Positions 26,721-40,818 are shown, counted from the whole stretch's first letter. The stretch is DNA of 61,393 nt, filler included, from Dugesia japonica (GCA_001938525.1; 5 parts of 5 records of this genome joined end to end with filler, not necessarily neighbours in it); one strand, 5' to 3'. Program-made: numbers and translations. The notes: a model not told the origin generated them from the sequence alone.

Positions 26721-26853
26721 TGTTTAATTATCCACAAGTTTTATTTTAAAACAAAAAAACTTAAATTAATTTGTTTATTCAAACAAAATACATGTTTCAT
26801 ATTAAGTTAATGACTTGAAAATTAACTTTAATCCATAAAATATATTTTTTTAA

Positions 26854-26945
26854 ATTTCATTGAAATAAAAGCTTTGATCAAAATATTTTTGTTTTTAATA
26901 TCACAAACTAAAATAATTTGATCGAAGCTTTTATTTTAATGAAAT
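26854..26945. repeat. Short inverted repeat (foldback or mini-MITE)
   Basis: ATTTCATTGAAATAAAAGCTTTGATCAAA ... TTTGATCGAAGCTTTTATTTTAATGAAAT. Confidence 0.65.
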
Positions 26946-27679
26946 CTCAAAAACGATCAATGGTTACGTCCAACAATTATTCTCGCAATAATTTTAATTG
27001 GAATAAATATTTTTTCAAATAATTTTGAATGCCAATTTATAAATCTATTTATTCCAAAAACAATCTATGTTTTAATTTTAATAAGTTATTTTTAAATTAT
27101 TAACAATAAAATTATGTTCATAAAATTCTTAATTTTAATATTGTAAATTTTAAAAATGGAAGTCATGACCTATCAAAAACTTAAAGCTCTGTATTTTTCT
27201 TCTGGTGCAGAAGTTTTATATTTTGAGATAAACCTTTCCTTTACATATCTTAAAGTAGCCTACATTTTATTATCACGTTTACTGCATCAAAATAAGTCAA
27301 TTTGATGTTTTATTCATCATCAAATTCTTTTTGTAACTCATTTGCTTTAGAAAAGTATATGCCAACACCGTTAATACACTTGAAGTGATCTTTGGATTAA
27401 GTTACACATGAATGTTTTCTAAATTGTGGCGTAAAGGTGACTTTATTATTAGTTACTGATTTGGTTTGTTCAAATGAAGGAATTTATGACGGCGAATTTA
27501 TCAATAGTCCAGAACTTTAAGAATATCTATAAAAGAATATCTATCTATTTTCAATTTAAAATTTATATTATTATTATTAACAATCATGTTTTCCATATAT
27601 TGCATTGGCTTTTCATTGAAATTATATTACCTTTCAGTTATCAGTGAATAAACTAGTTACCCTGGACAGAATTGGTTTT

Positions 27680-27973
27680 TGTATCATTATACTTTACGAA
27701 TTTAGACCTTGTCATAATGCAACAGAAATAACTGAAAATGTAAACAAAGCTTGTGGACATAGTACTGTTCCGAAGTGAAAATGAGTCTTTTAAAGATAAA
27801 AATAAAAATGGGCTGACCTTCTGCTGTTATGGCAATGTTTTCAAACAAATATTTCAGGAATACCCAAGGCAATGTGTATCAGCAAAGATGCAAGTTTTGC
27901 AATAAACTGCTTTCAAACATCTGAATCTGATATACCAAGTCAATAAACTGGATAAACGGTTGTCGCATGATTT
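27680..27973 (+). pseudogene. Mariner transposase N-terminal remnant
   Basis: IILYEFRPCHNATEITENVNKACG resembles the mariner HTH (LYEF..G..A.E...NIN.AFG). Confidence 0.6.
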
Positions 27974-28073
27974 NNNNNNNNNNNNNNNNNNNNNNNNNNN
28001 NNNNNNNNNNNNNNNNNTTAATTAATTAANNNNNNNNNNNNNNNNNNNNNNNNNNNNNNNNNNNNNNNNNNNN

Positions 28074-28215
28074 TTATAATATTTATAATATTTATAATAT
28101 TTATAATATTTATAATATTTATAATATTTATAATATAATATTTATAATTCATTTAATTTATAATTCATTATAATTATAATTATAATTATCATTATAATTA
28201 TAATATTTATAATTC
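28074..28215. repeat. (TTATAATAT)n 9-bp minisatellite
   Basis: Seen directly. Confidence 0.9.
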
Positions 28216-28221
28216 ATTAAG

Positions 28222-28401
28222 GTTTGTTGGCTATCCTGGTAATTATCGATATTTCTTTGGTTTACGAAATGAAGATTGTCAAAATGGGGGATGTCTTATC
28301 GAATTGGCAATGCAACTTGCTATTATAATGATAGGAAAACAAATAATTAGTAATATTCAAGAAGTAATAGTCCCGTAAGTGAATAATATTATTGAATATA
28401 A

Positions 28402-28468
<67 letters not shown>

Positions 28469-28518
28469 NNNNNNNNNNNNNNNNNNNNNNNNNNNNNNNN
28501 NNNNNNNNNNNNNNNNNN

Positions 28519-28585
<67 letters not shown>

Positions 28586-31500
28586 TATGTTAATGATATA
28601 TTAATACCCATTTATCAAGACAAATATAAGTGATATGAAGTAATTCTAAACAATGAAACTGTGTTAAATATATGTTAAATCAATTCGGATTATAACATTT
28701 TAATTTAATAATTGATTAAAACATACCAAATAATTTTTATTTTAAATAATAAAAAAATATTAGCAGTTCATAGTAATATTTTTGATGAAGTTTGCAGATG
28801 ATCATGTAATGAATACATTTGAAAAGCATTACATAATCGTGTTTCCCAACGTATGGTTTGGGCCACACAAATGGGCAATTCAAATTTTTTAGAGGCTTAG
28901 GTGGACAGAGAATAAAAAAGGTCGGGATATATATTTTACGCTAATCAAGAATATTGTAGTTAAAATCGCTAAAATTTATCACTGATGAAATAAAATGAGA
29001 AAAATAATAATAATAAAACTAAGTTTTTAAAACAAACAAGTACTCACAAGTAAGTACGTAGTAAAGCGACAAATGTGATAGCAATTATGTATTAATTTCC
29101 TTCCGGTAATATTAATAATGGTATTTTTACCGATGGATGTTAGTATCTTCTCGAATTATTACTATTATTAAAATCTTCTCCAAAGAAACATGGTTTCCTT
29201 TTGAATGCTAATTATTAGTTTCTTATCTTATTGTTAATATTGGTTTCCTCTGGGAGAGTAATTAATGGTATTGTCTCAGATGATTATTAACGTTTTACTC
29301 TCGAATGATTATTAGTATCATCTCAATTAGGTAAATACTAGCACTTTAAACGATCTCTTTTTTTAAAACCCAGGGTGCCTTTGTTCTGTTACTATCTATG
29401 TAAGTATCTATGCACTTTGAATGTGCACCTGCAAATTTTGATGCTATTTTACTTTTAATGTGCCAAACATGCTAATGACTATTCACAAAAAACTCTTTTA
29501 ACACTCAAAAGCATGCAATTGTTAATGATTTCTGTTTTTTCAAATTGAAACCGTTGCTAACAAGGTTGGACCATAATTCTGTTTAAACATTATTTAAAGA
29601 ACTTGGAGCAAAAATTACTTCATTCTCGGCATAAAAGGACTAGCGCTCATCTCTATCTGATGAATTATCGCGCATTTTCGGAAAAATTCTTTCAATTCTT
29701 CTATTTATTCTCTGATTGAGTGAAACTTGGTATCAATGGATACATTAGATACGATAGATAAATGAATACGATGAATAGAAAAAGAATCTTTTATGAACAA
29801 TTATTCGAATAAAAATTATTTTCGTTATGTTTTCCATTAAAACATATTAAGAAAAAATATGTCATATAAACATCACAAAACAATACAAAATTTATTATCT
29901 TATCTATAAAAAAATTCAAAAAGTGTTAGAACATTATTAATTAATATTAATAGAATCTTATTCATAATTTAACTTTAAATAGTATAAGAGTAGGTAGATA
30001 GTGGCACTTCAGCCCACCCCTCCTCCCCCGGGCTGGGAAAATTTTGGATGAAGATTTTTTACTTTTTTAAAATCTTTTTATACTTTGTACTTTTTTGTAA
30101 AAACCTTTTAAAATCGCTTTTTGTGATCATTATTTGTTTTAATTACATTAAATTTGGTATTGTTGGAATTGGAATGAGATGAAGAACTTGATTATTGCGT
30201 TAAAACTTTTGTGGTACGTCAACGCCAAGGATTATTTTAAATTAAAATCTTTTAAATTTTTAAATTTTCTTTTTTCGAGTCGAAACCAATTCAATTCTTG
30301 CTAAAATCAAAAGTACCTATACATGATCTAAAGGACTACTATCGAAAAATGCTTAATTTCATAGATAAGGATTGTAGCGCATCAGTCCACCTCTCCTAGC
30401 TATCGAAGTATAGGTGGTAGGAAATTCAAATTTAAATATAGACATGCAGAATTTAATTATAAGAAATACTGTCATCTCCAAATTTTCGGTTTGTGTGTCA
30501 GCGGCATACATATTTCCTTTTAAAGATTTAAAAACGGTCTGTACCCTCCATTTCTAAAAATGGCGACATAAAACCTATACGCAAAAGGTAGAAAATTTTA
30601 TTTTCTACATTTGTTTTATCCCTTGTCTTCAGAAACAATACTTAGTTTTTGAGATATTTGACATTTTAAGAATTTTGACTTTAGGGGTGGCTTTCAATTT
30701 TTCTACTTGAAAATGATACCATTGACCTTAGAATTAAACACTGTTTATACATTATAGACACTCCAACCATTCAAGGTTTTCAACTATTCGAATAACGAAT
30801 AGAAAAAATTTTAAAATATTCGATTATTCGAATATTTGAATAATTTACTAAAACTTTAAAAAACATTATCTAAATTAAATATTATAGTAATAAAATTATT
30901 AAAAAACTGTTTAATATTTTATTGCTTTTGTTATAGAGATATCTGCAAATGCGAACGTCAAAACTGATTATACTGATTTGTATCAGTTAGTGATAATTCA
31001 GTGATACGAAGGATAGTTGTATGTGAAACGGGAAGTTTTAATAAAAGCTATAAATGTAAATATTAAATAAAGGAAGATCACACAAGACTATTAGTTATTT
31101 ACATATTTTATTTATTATTTTTAAACATATTTTAAAAATAGAACCGAATTGAAATCTTCTAAATTTAACTTTGATCTCCTTTTAGATTTCATTGCACCTG
31201 CTGTTGAAAACACTGTTTCAGATGTTGTTGAGGTAGGTCGTATAGTAATCAATGCGTTATGTAAGATATCCAGCGTTGCCGACCGTTTTTTGAATTAAAT
31301 CCAATTGACGAAATTCTTTTTTCAATTCATTATATTTATTATTTGTTTTATCTTTAACATTATATTTTTTTGTAATGGAACTTATTGCATTTTGCAATTC
31401 TTCTTGTAGTCCAGCTTGTGGTGATAATTCTATTTCATCATCAGTTGTAGATGATGTGGAAACATCATCATTACTTTCTTAAATAAATATTTTTGGATAT

Positions 31501-34500
31501 ATTTGTTCCATAATTTTTTCAGCAAATGAAATTGCTGCATTATTTGAGGAATATTGAAAATAATCGTTGGAACTTGGTACATTTCCACCATTTAGATAAA
31601 TTATAAGTGTCATTAAAACGCGGTCTCTTCTTTCATTCATTCGTCTTTTAATAGTATGTAGCAGCATCTCTGCGATTTTAGTTTGGATAGGTTGCAGCTT
31701 TTCAAACAAAAATTTGTAAACTCTCTCAACTGTTATGAGATCTGCATCATTTTTGCTCAATTCACTAACGGCAGTTTCAATTGGTGAAAGAACATCAACA
31801 AGTTTTGTAGTACGAAAATATCATTTTCTGAAATTGTCTCTAAATTCAATTCCACTGATGATTTATTGATACATTCTGATAAAATTAAAAATCGTTGAAT
31901 CATTACAATCATAGAATTTCATTTTGTTTTGATGTCCAATTTTAACTTCAGTTTTTCCACATATTTTAACTATATTTTGTTGCAAAGAAGAGTGCTTTAA
32001 AGATGATTTTGTAAACGTTCTTATAAAATCTCTTAACCTGTTAATAATTTGACCCAAATCAATACTCAATGCTATAACATCTTCATTTTCTTTAACAAAC
32101 TCCAAATTGTTATCCGAATACAGATCTTCTCTGAAATCTTCTACATCATCTTCAATTTCATCAACAACAAATTTTTCGATATCGTCCGAATATTTATTAT
32201 TAAAATAAATTGTTACCAAAATGCATCAGTTGGATTGAAGACTTGAGTTGGAATGATGTTTATTATGGGAAAACATATATTATTCACTTATTGAAAAATG
32301 CCCATATGGTATACTTTGATTTTTGTCAATTCATAGTCTCTTATCATTCTTATTTGATAAAGCCAATTTCGGCCCCTTTATACTAAAGATCTGATGGTTT
32401 TTAGATCTTATACGAAATTATTCTACTGAGACCAATTTATTCTCATTATAACAGTCAATGTATGCCTGATTCTGTATCGCTAAGCAGCTTATAACACTTT
32501 ATTCTAAAAAAATATCTATTCCTGATATTTCTTCCCTTTAATTTCATCTTTGAACTTGCCAATGACTGAATTGAGCTGGTTACTGTAAAGGGGATGATCT
32601 GCGCTATGATTAAAGGTATCTAATAACAGATCCTTTACCATCAATCCGGTTGAACATCCAACTTTAAATATACCAGCATATAGCTCAATTGATTCTTACA
32701 TCCAGTTATTTAGCGCTTTAATGCTTTGTTACCACAATACATTGCTGTCTGTAGTATATGCAGCTTCTTTGTATGTCTAATTTATTTGATAATCAATAGT
32801 GTATTTAATTTAGAATAGGCTTCCACATTGTTTTTCCGCTGATTTTCACTTATATTTTCCACTGACCACTTTATTACTTGGTTTGAAGTTTTGACATTAG
32901 CATTTTCTTGTCACTGTCTGAATTCATCATCTTGCGTTTCGGGAGCTGTTGTATGGTGCCTAACCACCCGAATTATTTAGCACATCAATTTCTTGCTTGA
33001 TTATGTTCACCGTAATTTATTGAAATTCTTCGACATCAGCTGCTGCCCGCATGCTCTCATTTTGATCATTTTATTTAAGTATTATCTTTGAAGCAACATG
33101 TAGAAAACCTCTAAATAAACTACGTTGCGAATGAATTCTTAGTCGTCTTTGAGCAACTCGCCTCGCTTATGGAATTGTGCAATTTTCACTTTAATATTGT
33201 TAACGTTGCAACAACATGAAAAAGCGACATAAAGTTGTCTGAATACGAAATGATGCAGGTCAATTTCCAATGTTTTATATGCTGGGAATTGTTCATGGTA
33301 ATACAGAATGTCGAAGTCACCAAAAATCTACATCTTCGCAAGACAAATAGTAAGGTAGTGTCGGAGGGTGCAAGAATAATTCGAGGAGCAATGACTACAT
33401 TACCTAATTACACTCATAAATAACTCGGGCAGTGATTGTATTTCGAGAAAGATACTCAACTATCAATCGTGTACAGTTGTATAATCCTTTCTTTGTATTG
33501 AAATTTCTCAACAGCATAATAATTAAGCAACATTTTGTGTGGAGGATCTGTTGGATATAGTCAACTCGTTGAGAAATTGGACAGAGAAATTAATACTATC
33601 GGTCAAAACTTCAGAGATGGCTGAGTCGTCACTGTAGTAAATTTTAGGCTCACCTGGAAGGAGGCGAATGATTTTGTGATTCATTTCAAGAGCTTGTGTA
33701 TTAGTTGCATCGACGATTACTCTGTTTGAGAACTGCTCATTACTGAGGTTTCCTGGATTTTCGGCAAAACTAGCGCCGATTAAACTGACATTCGCAATCA
33801 ATAATGGAGAAAATTGGATGAGCTTCGGGTTGCAAAGCGTAGTAAATTTAAGAAGAATTTATTCGCTGACATCAAGAAGCCAGTTGTTATGCTCTTGTTG
33901 ATCTTTGCGTCGTATGTTAGCTAATAATGTCAACAATCGGAAGTGGCGGAATAACTTGATACAGCAATCAATGATGTCAGCTTGGGTGCCGCGTAGAACG
34001 GCATTGAAAGTCTAACAAAAGTAGTCTGCAACAATAAGCACCTTGCCATCGAATGCCTGATTGTTATGCATTATCTCGCGAAGCAAGCAATCGATGCATC
34101 TAAAACATTTTTAAGCTATATTATGACTTTATCAATAATGATAAGGGTTGCATTACTCAAAACTGAAACACCAATTGATGCCAAATACATCAATGAAAAG
34201 GAAATGTCCAGAAAAAGAACGGGGAGTTTGAAACTACTATGAACTGTTCTGTCTACTTTCAAAAGAGTCGCTTTAATGCCGGTTGTCGCAAATGGAAGCA
34301 AAATTAGATTTCAGCCACGCATGAATGACAAAAGCGTCGTATACCTGGGTGGTCGAGAAAGAAGCAGTAGGCTTGTTGTTCGTCAAAATCAAGAGTATTC
34401 CTCCTCAAAAACCTGTCTCTGTCTGACGTTCAGTCTATCGATATTGATATATCTAAACATATATATATATATATATATATATGGTTGCACATAAACATGG

Positions 34501-36930
34501 AGAGATTTTTAATTTATATCAGAATATCAGATTGAAGAAGCATACCAGAAGATGTTTACCAATAAAAATAATGAGATTGGATACCTGCTTGAAATTAATC
34601 TTGAAATACCTATCGAAATTCAATTACCTTTGGCTCTTGAACACAAATGTCCAACTGGATCAAAAGTTAAGAAGTTACTTAAATCTCATGAACCAAAACG
34701 ACATTATATCGTATATTGGCGATTATCGGAAATTGTTGTATAAATCTAGATATTAAATAATAAGATATTTAACAAGTTAAAATTATATTTCATAAAATAG
34801 CAATATTAAAACNNNNNNNNNNNNNNNNNNNNNNNNNNNNNNNNNNNNNNNNNNNNNNNNNNATAATTTGAATTTAGATATATTTAAATATTATCATAAT
34901 TTAAATATATCACAGAAACATATATTAATATCGAGGTTCATGTGACTGCATAACTTAGAATAATTCAGTTGAAACAAATGAAAATATTTGCCCATTATAT
35001 TAATACGAATTCTGCAAGAAGAGCAGAATCAAAATCCAAGTTTGAAAAGGATTTCTACAAACTATTAAACAATGTTCTATATTGCCAGACAGAAGAGAAT
35101 TTGAAGAATCGAATGGATCTCCGACTATGTGACAATGAAAAGAAATTTGTAACTTACGCCAGCAAAGTTGCATTTAAGAAAACAATGGATATCGCAAAAA
35201 GACTCAAAGCTGTTCAACTATTGTTGACTTTCTTCATTATAAGAAAAATGAATTTGTGACGAGTTTCTTTTAGTATGACCGATGGCTCATTGAGTATGTG
35301 TCTGGAACTAAATCAATAAAGAAGGGGAGCTGAGGTATTGGTCACTTTACAAAGCATTCCGCTAAATGATAGAATGAAGCAACAATCCAGAGCACTGTAG
35401 AGAAATTGAGATATTACAACTGGCTTCTGATCAAATAACTCAAGAGATTTGCTTTACTCCTTAAGCTTCGCCTACCCTTTCCTAGACGGAAGCGTTCAAT
35501 TAGAGTAATCAAATATGAATAAAAGCTTAGTTCGCTTATTTATGTTTATTGTTTGGTCTTGAATTATTTCTGGATTTTAGCCTGTAATTTTATTGATATT
35601 CAATAAAAGTTTGTTAAGTATTCAAACTATGGGTTAAGTCATCGGTACCCGTGAAAAGTTTTAAAAAGATAATGATAGCCATGAGATAATCTGGTAATTA
35701 CATCGATTAACTGTGAAATAAGTAGAAGCATATGTTTTAAGCGCCCAGCCAGTACAGTATAAAAGTCGGCGGAAAGAGTTTAGAGAGTCGGCCGAACAAT
35801 TCCATTGGCAAATGCGACTTTGGGAGAATCAATCAGAAACCTTTGTGGAGTGGTTGCAACCATCCCATGAATGTGAAGACCATCAAGTACCAAATATCAT
35901 AAAGCTGAGAGCATACATTCTTGCTGAACACCTCATTATGGATATAAGGATACAGCACGGAAAATGAACTAGTATTATATTGAAATTACATGCTGCTAAT
36001 ATAATTTGTTGCTTTGTCTTATCAATAAAATATTTTTGTAATGAAAACCTCTAAATAATCGGTTTATTTCTAGTGTACGGTAGGCATTTTTTCTCCGTCG
36101 TGATCCGATGTCATAGATTGTTGCGAGTACTACTGGTAAATCGATACCTTTACCAGCAACGGGTGAAGCGCTTAAAACTGATGTATCTACGAAAAATCGC
36201 CCTCCTAAATGCAATCAAACCTACTCGTAAATGACAGTTATTTATTGTCTCACGAGGCTAGATGGAACTCAAACATAAGACAAAGATAACTTTGTTGTCA
36301 AAGCATAGTAAATTGGATCAACAACTAATGAGAGTGAATAATGAGATGAAATAGACTAAGGAAAAAATATAGAAATGAAAACACGAATTAAAGAAATCCG
36401 AGCATACAGTTGAACTATGATTTTCAAGTCACCGGCTCTACTCCAGAAATTCAGATCAGGAACAGTGGAAATAACTTTGCTCGGGTTCCAATTTACCTTA
36501 AAATGCAAACTAAAATTAAGCTGCCTAGATAGAACTCCAACAATAATAATGAAAGTTACAAAAATATTTTTGAATTTTGTAATTCCTATTATTTAAATCA
36601 TTTTTTATATTTATTGTTTTCAAAAAACATTAAAAAATATTTGTAGAAACGTAAAGTGAGATTAATTTTAACAAATCTTTTAAAAATAAAAACTATCCAA
36701 ATCATTTTCTACTTTGCCAATTTAAATTTCTTAAGCTATTTATATTTAATTTTTTTAAACTTTAAATTAAATTAATTTCAGAAAACTCCAAACCTGGTAT
36801 TACAGGTTTTCTCGTGGCTTGGAAGAACAAGTGAAACGCGATTCAAGTAGTGATACTGAACTTATTCTTTACAAAGAAGATAATAAACTTATCCCTTATG
36901 AAGGACTATTAGAAGAGTATTTAGAAATGG
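28222..36930 (+). CDS. Partial host anoctamin/TMEM16 gene; exons 28222-28374 and 36782-36930
   Basis: FVGYPGNY...[34 protein letters not shown] joins in phase to KLQTWY...[12 protein letters not shown]; canonical AG/GT sites; ~8.4-kb intron filled with TEs. Confidence 0.92.
28398..28584. repeat. (TAA)n microsatellite spanning a gap
   Basis: Seen directly. Confidence 0.95.
30772..32280 (-). mobile_element. Truncated hAT transposon (3' half of transposase plus one terminus)
   Basis: [30 protein letters not shown] (hATC dimerisation domain); terminus CAAGGTTTTCAAC with TATTCGAATA subterminal palindromes. Confidence 0.8.
33200..34330 (-). pseudogene. Helitron PIF1 helicase remnant
   Basis: [63 protein letters not shown]. 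Confidence 0.88.
34550..35260 (+). pseudogene. Polinton PolB palm-region remnant (third element)
   Basis: [19 protein letters not shown]; [30 protein letters not shown] (motif B). Confidence 0.8.
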
Positions 36931-37775
36931 GTTAGAATATAATTAATTAATTAATTTAGTTCATAAATCTGTTAATGTTATTAAAAAACAGATCAAATTT
37001 CTTCATATAACAACTTCATTCGTTCAAAAGCATTTTGATCAATTTATTGTAAAACTTTTAAAAATTTTACATTTAAATATGATGAAAATAAGGCGAAAAT
37101 TTCTTTTAGTTACATGAAATTGAATATAATTGATCTGGTTGTAGTTAGTTAGTAATAATAGGTATTCTCATAACGACCATTAACGTGTAAAGCCTTGATA
37201 AAGATCTTTCTAGTTATAATACTATTCATATTACTATTCATCTCACTGGTAACCTTATAAATAGGGACGTGCTTTCCTGGCGTTAAGATATTATTGAAAT
37301 TAATAATAATAGTAATAACAATAATAGTAATAATTATAACATGGTTGTAATTTCAAGTGTTGTCTAAGACTTTTGTGTGGTGAAATATAATGTTAGTGTA
37401 ATGGATTATGCTTAATATCTTGGCCTAAATATTTTTTGTGTTGTTGAAGAATTTTTTTGGATGAAATATATTTTTAGTGGGATGGATTATAAGTTTAACT
37501 TGCTGGTTAGACTTTTTATGTGATGACTTAGAAATTTCATTATCTTCCACGAAATGTTTGAAAGTTATTGAAAACTTCTATGTTATGGATTATAATTTAT
37601 ATGTTGGCTTAAAATATTTACATGTAAGTGTTAATTTTACTGTGATGAATGAAATGCTTTGTGCGATGAACAATANNNNNNNNNNNNNNNNNNNNNNNNN
37701 NNNNNNNNNNNNNNNNNNNTTAATTAATTAANNNNNNNNNNNNNNNNNNNNNNNNNNNNNNNNNNNNNNNNNNNN

Positions 37776-37898
37776 AAAATGCGCATGGAGAATGAGATTT
37801 TCCAGCCAATTATTAAAGGTAAAAATAAGGTTTTTTTCGAGCAGCTTGCAAGAAAAAGATTGCGATTGGCAATGGAAAATGGATAATGGTAATGAAAA
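37776..37898 (+). repeat. Left terminal inverted repeat (outer end lost in the gap)
   Basis: Near-exact reverse complement of 51997-52121. Confidence 0.95.
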
Positions 37899-38101
37899 TT
37901 GCACTCCAAATCGATCATGATAAGGCAGAAATTTGAAGTTAAATGATAAAATCTTATTGAAAATCTTACTGAAAAAAATAAAAAAAAAGAGCAAAAAGTG
38001 GTCCAAATTTAACATGACTTGACAAAATTTAACACAACTAAATTATTTTTAACAGGACTTAACAAAGTTGATATTTTTTATCTTAAATTTTATCATAGTA
38101 A

Positions 38102-38693
38102 AATGACTGAAGAAAAAATAAATAGTATTGTTAATGATGATAATTTGAGTTCCCAAGAACAAGTTATTTTAAGAAAGTATCTTGAGATTTTATCAGATAA
38201 ACCAGCAGCTAAAGTTAAAGAATCATCTACTATAATTGGTGTTAATGTTTTAACATTGAAAAAAATTTTATATAAAAAAGGTTTTATTAAAAAAAAGCCG
38301 AAGGAAAAATGTATTACTATTAACCGATATAGATATGATAGTATTGATGATGTATTAATTCCTGATAAAGATGGTGTTTTTTACCAAAAAAATAATAAAT
38401 CACTTTTAGAATATAAACCAAAGAAGGAAAACATTACTCAAGAAGAAAAATTAAAAAATAAAACTACTAAAGTAAAAAGAAATATTAAGGAAGCCTTACA
38501 AAATAAAGTTCGATATCCAAATCTTGAATTCAAGTATTATAAAAATATGTTTCCTGTACAAGAAATAAAAGCTGGAGCTATTTATGATGAAGAAGAAGAT
38601 TATGTTAATGATGCTAATGATATAAATGATATAAATGATGGTAATGATGATGAAGATATAAAAGATTTACATAATGGTGTTCCAATACCTTAA
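38102..38693 (+). CDS. Hypothetical Lys-rich protein with acidic tail
   Basis: Open frame 38019-38693; probable start at AAAATG 38102. Confidence 0.65.
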
Positions 38694-38822
38694 AATGATG
38701 AACAAAGTTTACCTAAACCTTTTATTAAGAAAAAATGTAAAAAAATGAGATGTAATAGAAATCAAATAGATTTATCATCAAATGTTGGAGATGAGCCATC
38801 CTAATTTATTTGTATATAAAAA

Positions 38823-39212
38823 ATGACCGACTCTTTCATACAAACAATTAAACAAGATAAAATTTTTTGGAAAATAACAAAAGAAGAATTAATGAATACT
38901 GTTGATAAATTACTATTTTGTGAAACAAAAGATGAATTAATACTTTTGGATACTATTAAAAATTTAAATCTTTCTAATAGATTATATAAAGAAGCATATG
39001 AACGAAAATCAAATATTAAAAATATAAACTTTAATTATGAAGATGAAATGGAAAGTATTAAAGAACTTTCAAATTTAAAAATACAAAATAATAAAATCAA
39101 TTGTAATGAAAAGATTAAAAGAATTAAGGAAAATGAAAAGAATAGAATTAAAGAGGAAATTAGAATTAAAAAGAAAAGGATCTCCCAATTAATTGCTAAA
39201 AAAAATATTTAA
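38823..39212 (+). CDS. Hypothetical protein with basic coiled-coil C-terminus
   Basis: 129-aa ORF preceded by TATAAAAA. Confidence 0.65.
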   Translation: MTDSFIQTIKQDKIFWKITKEELMNTVDKLLFCETKDELILLDTIKNLNLSNRLYKEAYERKSNIKNINFNYEDEMESIKELSNLKIQNNKINCNEKIKRIKENEKNRIKEEIRIKKKRISQLIAKKNI

Positions 39213-39215
39213 TAA

Positions 39216-39479
39216 ATGATTGAAATAATATCTTCTGCAAGTAGTATACCAACTAATCAAAGTGAGGATACGAAAAGATTAATTAGTGGAAAAAATAAAT
39301 ATGATAATACTATTGATGAAATGAGTGATGAACTATTGCAATCATCTGATTGGTGGATGAAATTTTACAAATATCTATGTATTATTATAATTGTAATTTT
39401 TATAGTTTATATAATTTGTGATATATATTTTAATCATTACGCACAAATAGTTACTCGACTCAAAAAAATAATTAAATAA
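39216..39479 (+). CDS. Small single-pass membrane protein
   Basis: Hydrophobic run YLCIIIIVIFIVYIICDIYF; tightly packed between its neighbours. Confidence 0.7.
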   Translation: MIEIISSASSIPTNQSEDTKRLISGKNKYDNTIDEMSDELLQSSDWWMKFYKYLCIIIIVIFIVYIICDIYFNHYAQIVTRLKKIIK

Positions 39480-39480
39480 A

Positions 39481-40809
39481 ATGGACCTTGATTTCAATAT
39501 TAATTTTTCTCATCTACAAACTAAAAATGATTTATTAAAAATTTCCCCTACTTCGGGATCAATTAATAATTTAAATAATAATTGGGATATTATATTTCAA
39601 TCCATACAAAATACTAATCCTCTTGATATTGGAAATTCTAAATTATACTTTAAAATAAGTTTCAAAAATTCAGTTGCAACAACAACACTTGAAAATGGTT
39701 TCTTTCCAGCTTTATTTTCTCAAATAAGATTAAAAATAGGTTCGAGTAATATTGAATCAATTACTAATCCTGATGTCTCATCTACAATGTTTAATTTAAT
39801 TTTAATAGATAATTCTGCCGTTAAATCTTATAATGCTTATGGCTGGATTCCAAATAGTAAAGATGAGATCGAAAGCGGTAAAAATAAAAGTTTTATTAAA
39901 CGAAAAGAATTATATTCCAATGGCTATGAAGGATATTATCCCTTAAAAAACTTGTTTGGATTTTTAATGAATTATAATAGATTATTATTTAATACATTTA
40001 TTCAATTAGATTGTAATAGAGTTAAAGAAGTCAACAGTAAAATATTTCATGGAACAACTGAAGATAAAGTTGAAATCCAAATTGATACTTTAGTATTACA
40101 TATTCCAGAATGGAAATTATCACCAAAATTTGAATTGAATTATTTAGAAAGATTAGCAACTAATAAAAGTATTCAATGTTCATTTCTTGAAAGAGAAGCA
40201 GGTAATTGTTCAATAACAACAGGAACTAGTTTTTCAATTAAATTAGGCAATTTACCTTATCGACCTAGATTTGTAATTATTGGATTTAAAAATAAGGATC
40301 CTAGTTACAAGGAAAATAATAATTTATTTACATTAGGAATTACAGATAAATATTTAAAAAGTATTCATTTACAATTAAATAATATTTATTATCCAAATAC
40401 TAGAGTTGAATTTGATACTAATAATAATCAAGAAATGTTTCCATATCAAATGTTTTGTGACATGTGTAAATCATTCAATACTAATCCTCAATTAAGTATT
40501 AAAGATTGGTCAACTTTCTATCCAATATTTTGTTTCGATTGTTCTGCACAAGATGATAAATTAGATATTAATAATGTTGATGTTACTTGCCACTTAACTA
40601 AAGACTCTACTTTAACTGGAAATTTATATTGGTTAATATTACAAGAGAAACATGTCGAACTTAAAATCTCAAATGGTAAAGTAATGTTTGTAGAAAATAT
40701 TAAAGGAACAGATGTTAAAAAGATGGCTATCCAGCTAGCTGGCGACTCTAATATTGGTTTACCATTAAATATGATGATGAATGATGTAAATAAACAAGCT
40801 AAAAAATAA
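39481..40809 (+). CDS. Major capsid protein (double jelly-roll, hexon-like), intact
   Basis: 442 aa with LFSQIRLKIG..IE, PLKNLFGF, PRFVIIGF, LNNIYYP and PIFCFDCSAQ, typical of Polinton MCP. Confidence 0.88.
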   Translation: MDLDFNINFSHLQTKNDLLKISPTSGSINNLNNNWDIIFQSIQNTNPLDIGNSKLYFKISFKNSVATTTLENGFFPALFSQIRLKIGSSNIESITNPDVSSTMFNLILIDNSAVKSYNAYGWIPNSKDEIESGKNKSFIKRKELYSNGYEGYYPLKNLFGFLMNYNRLLFNTFIQLDCNRVKEVNSKIFHGTTEDKVEIQIDTLVLHIPEWKLSPKFELNYLERLATNKSIQCSFLEREAGNCSITTGTSFSIKLGNLPYRPRFVIIGFKNKDPSYKENNNLFTLGITDKYLKSIHLQLNNIYYPNTRVEFDTNNNQEMFPYQMFCDMCKSFNTNPQLSIKDWSTFYPIFCFDCSAQDDKLDINNVDVTCHLTKDSTLTGNLYWLILQEKHVELKISNGKVMFVENIKGTDVKKMAIQLAGDSNIGLPLNMMMNDVNKQAKK

Positions 40810-40818
40810 CTATAAAAA

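Noticed and set aside
28357-28633. Poly-Ile, poly-Asn and poly-Leu ORFs
   Set aside because: These are translations of a (TAA)n microsatellite and a gap.
35300-36000. Possible LTR plus gag start
   Set aside because: Only compositional hints; no paired LTR or clear motif to support a call.
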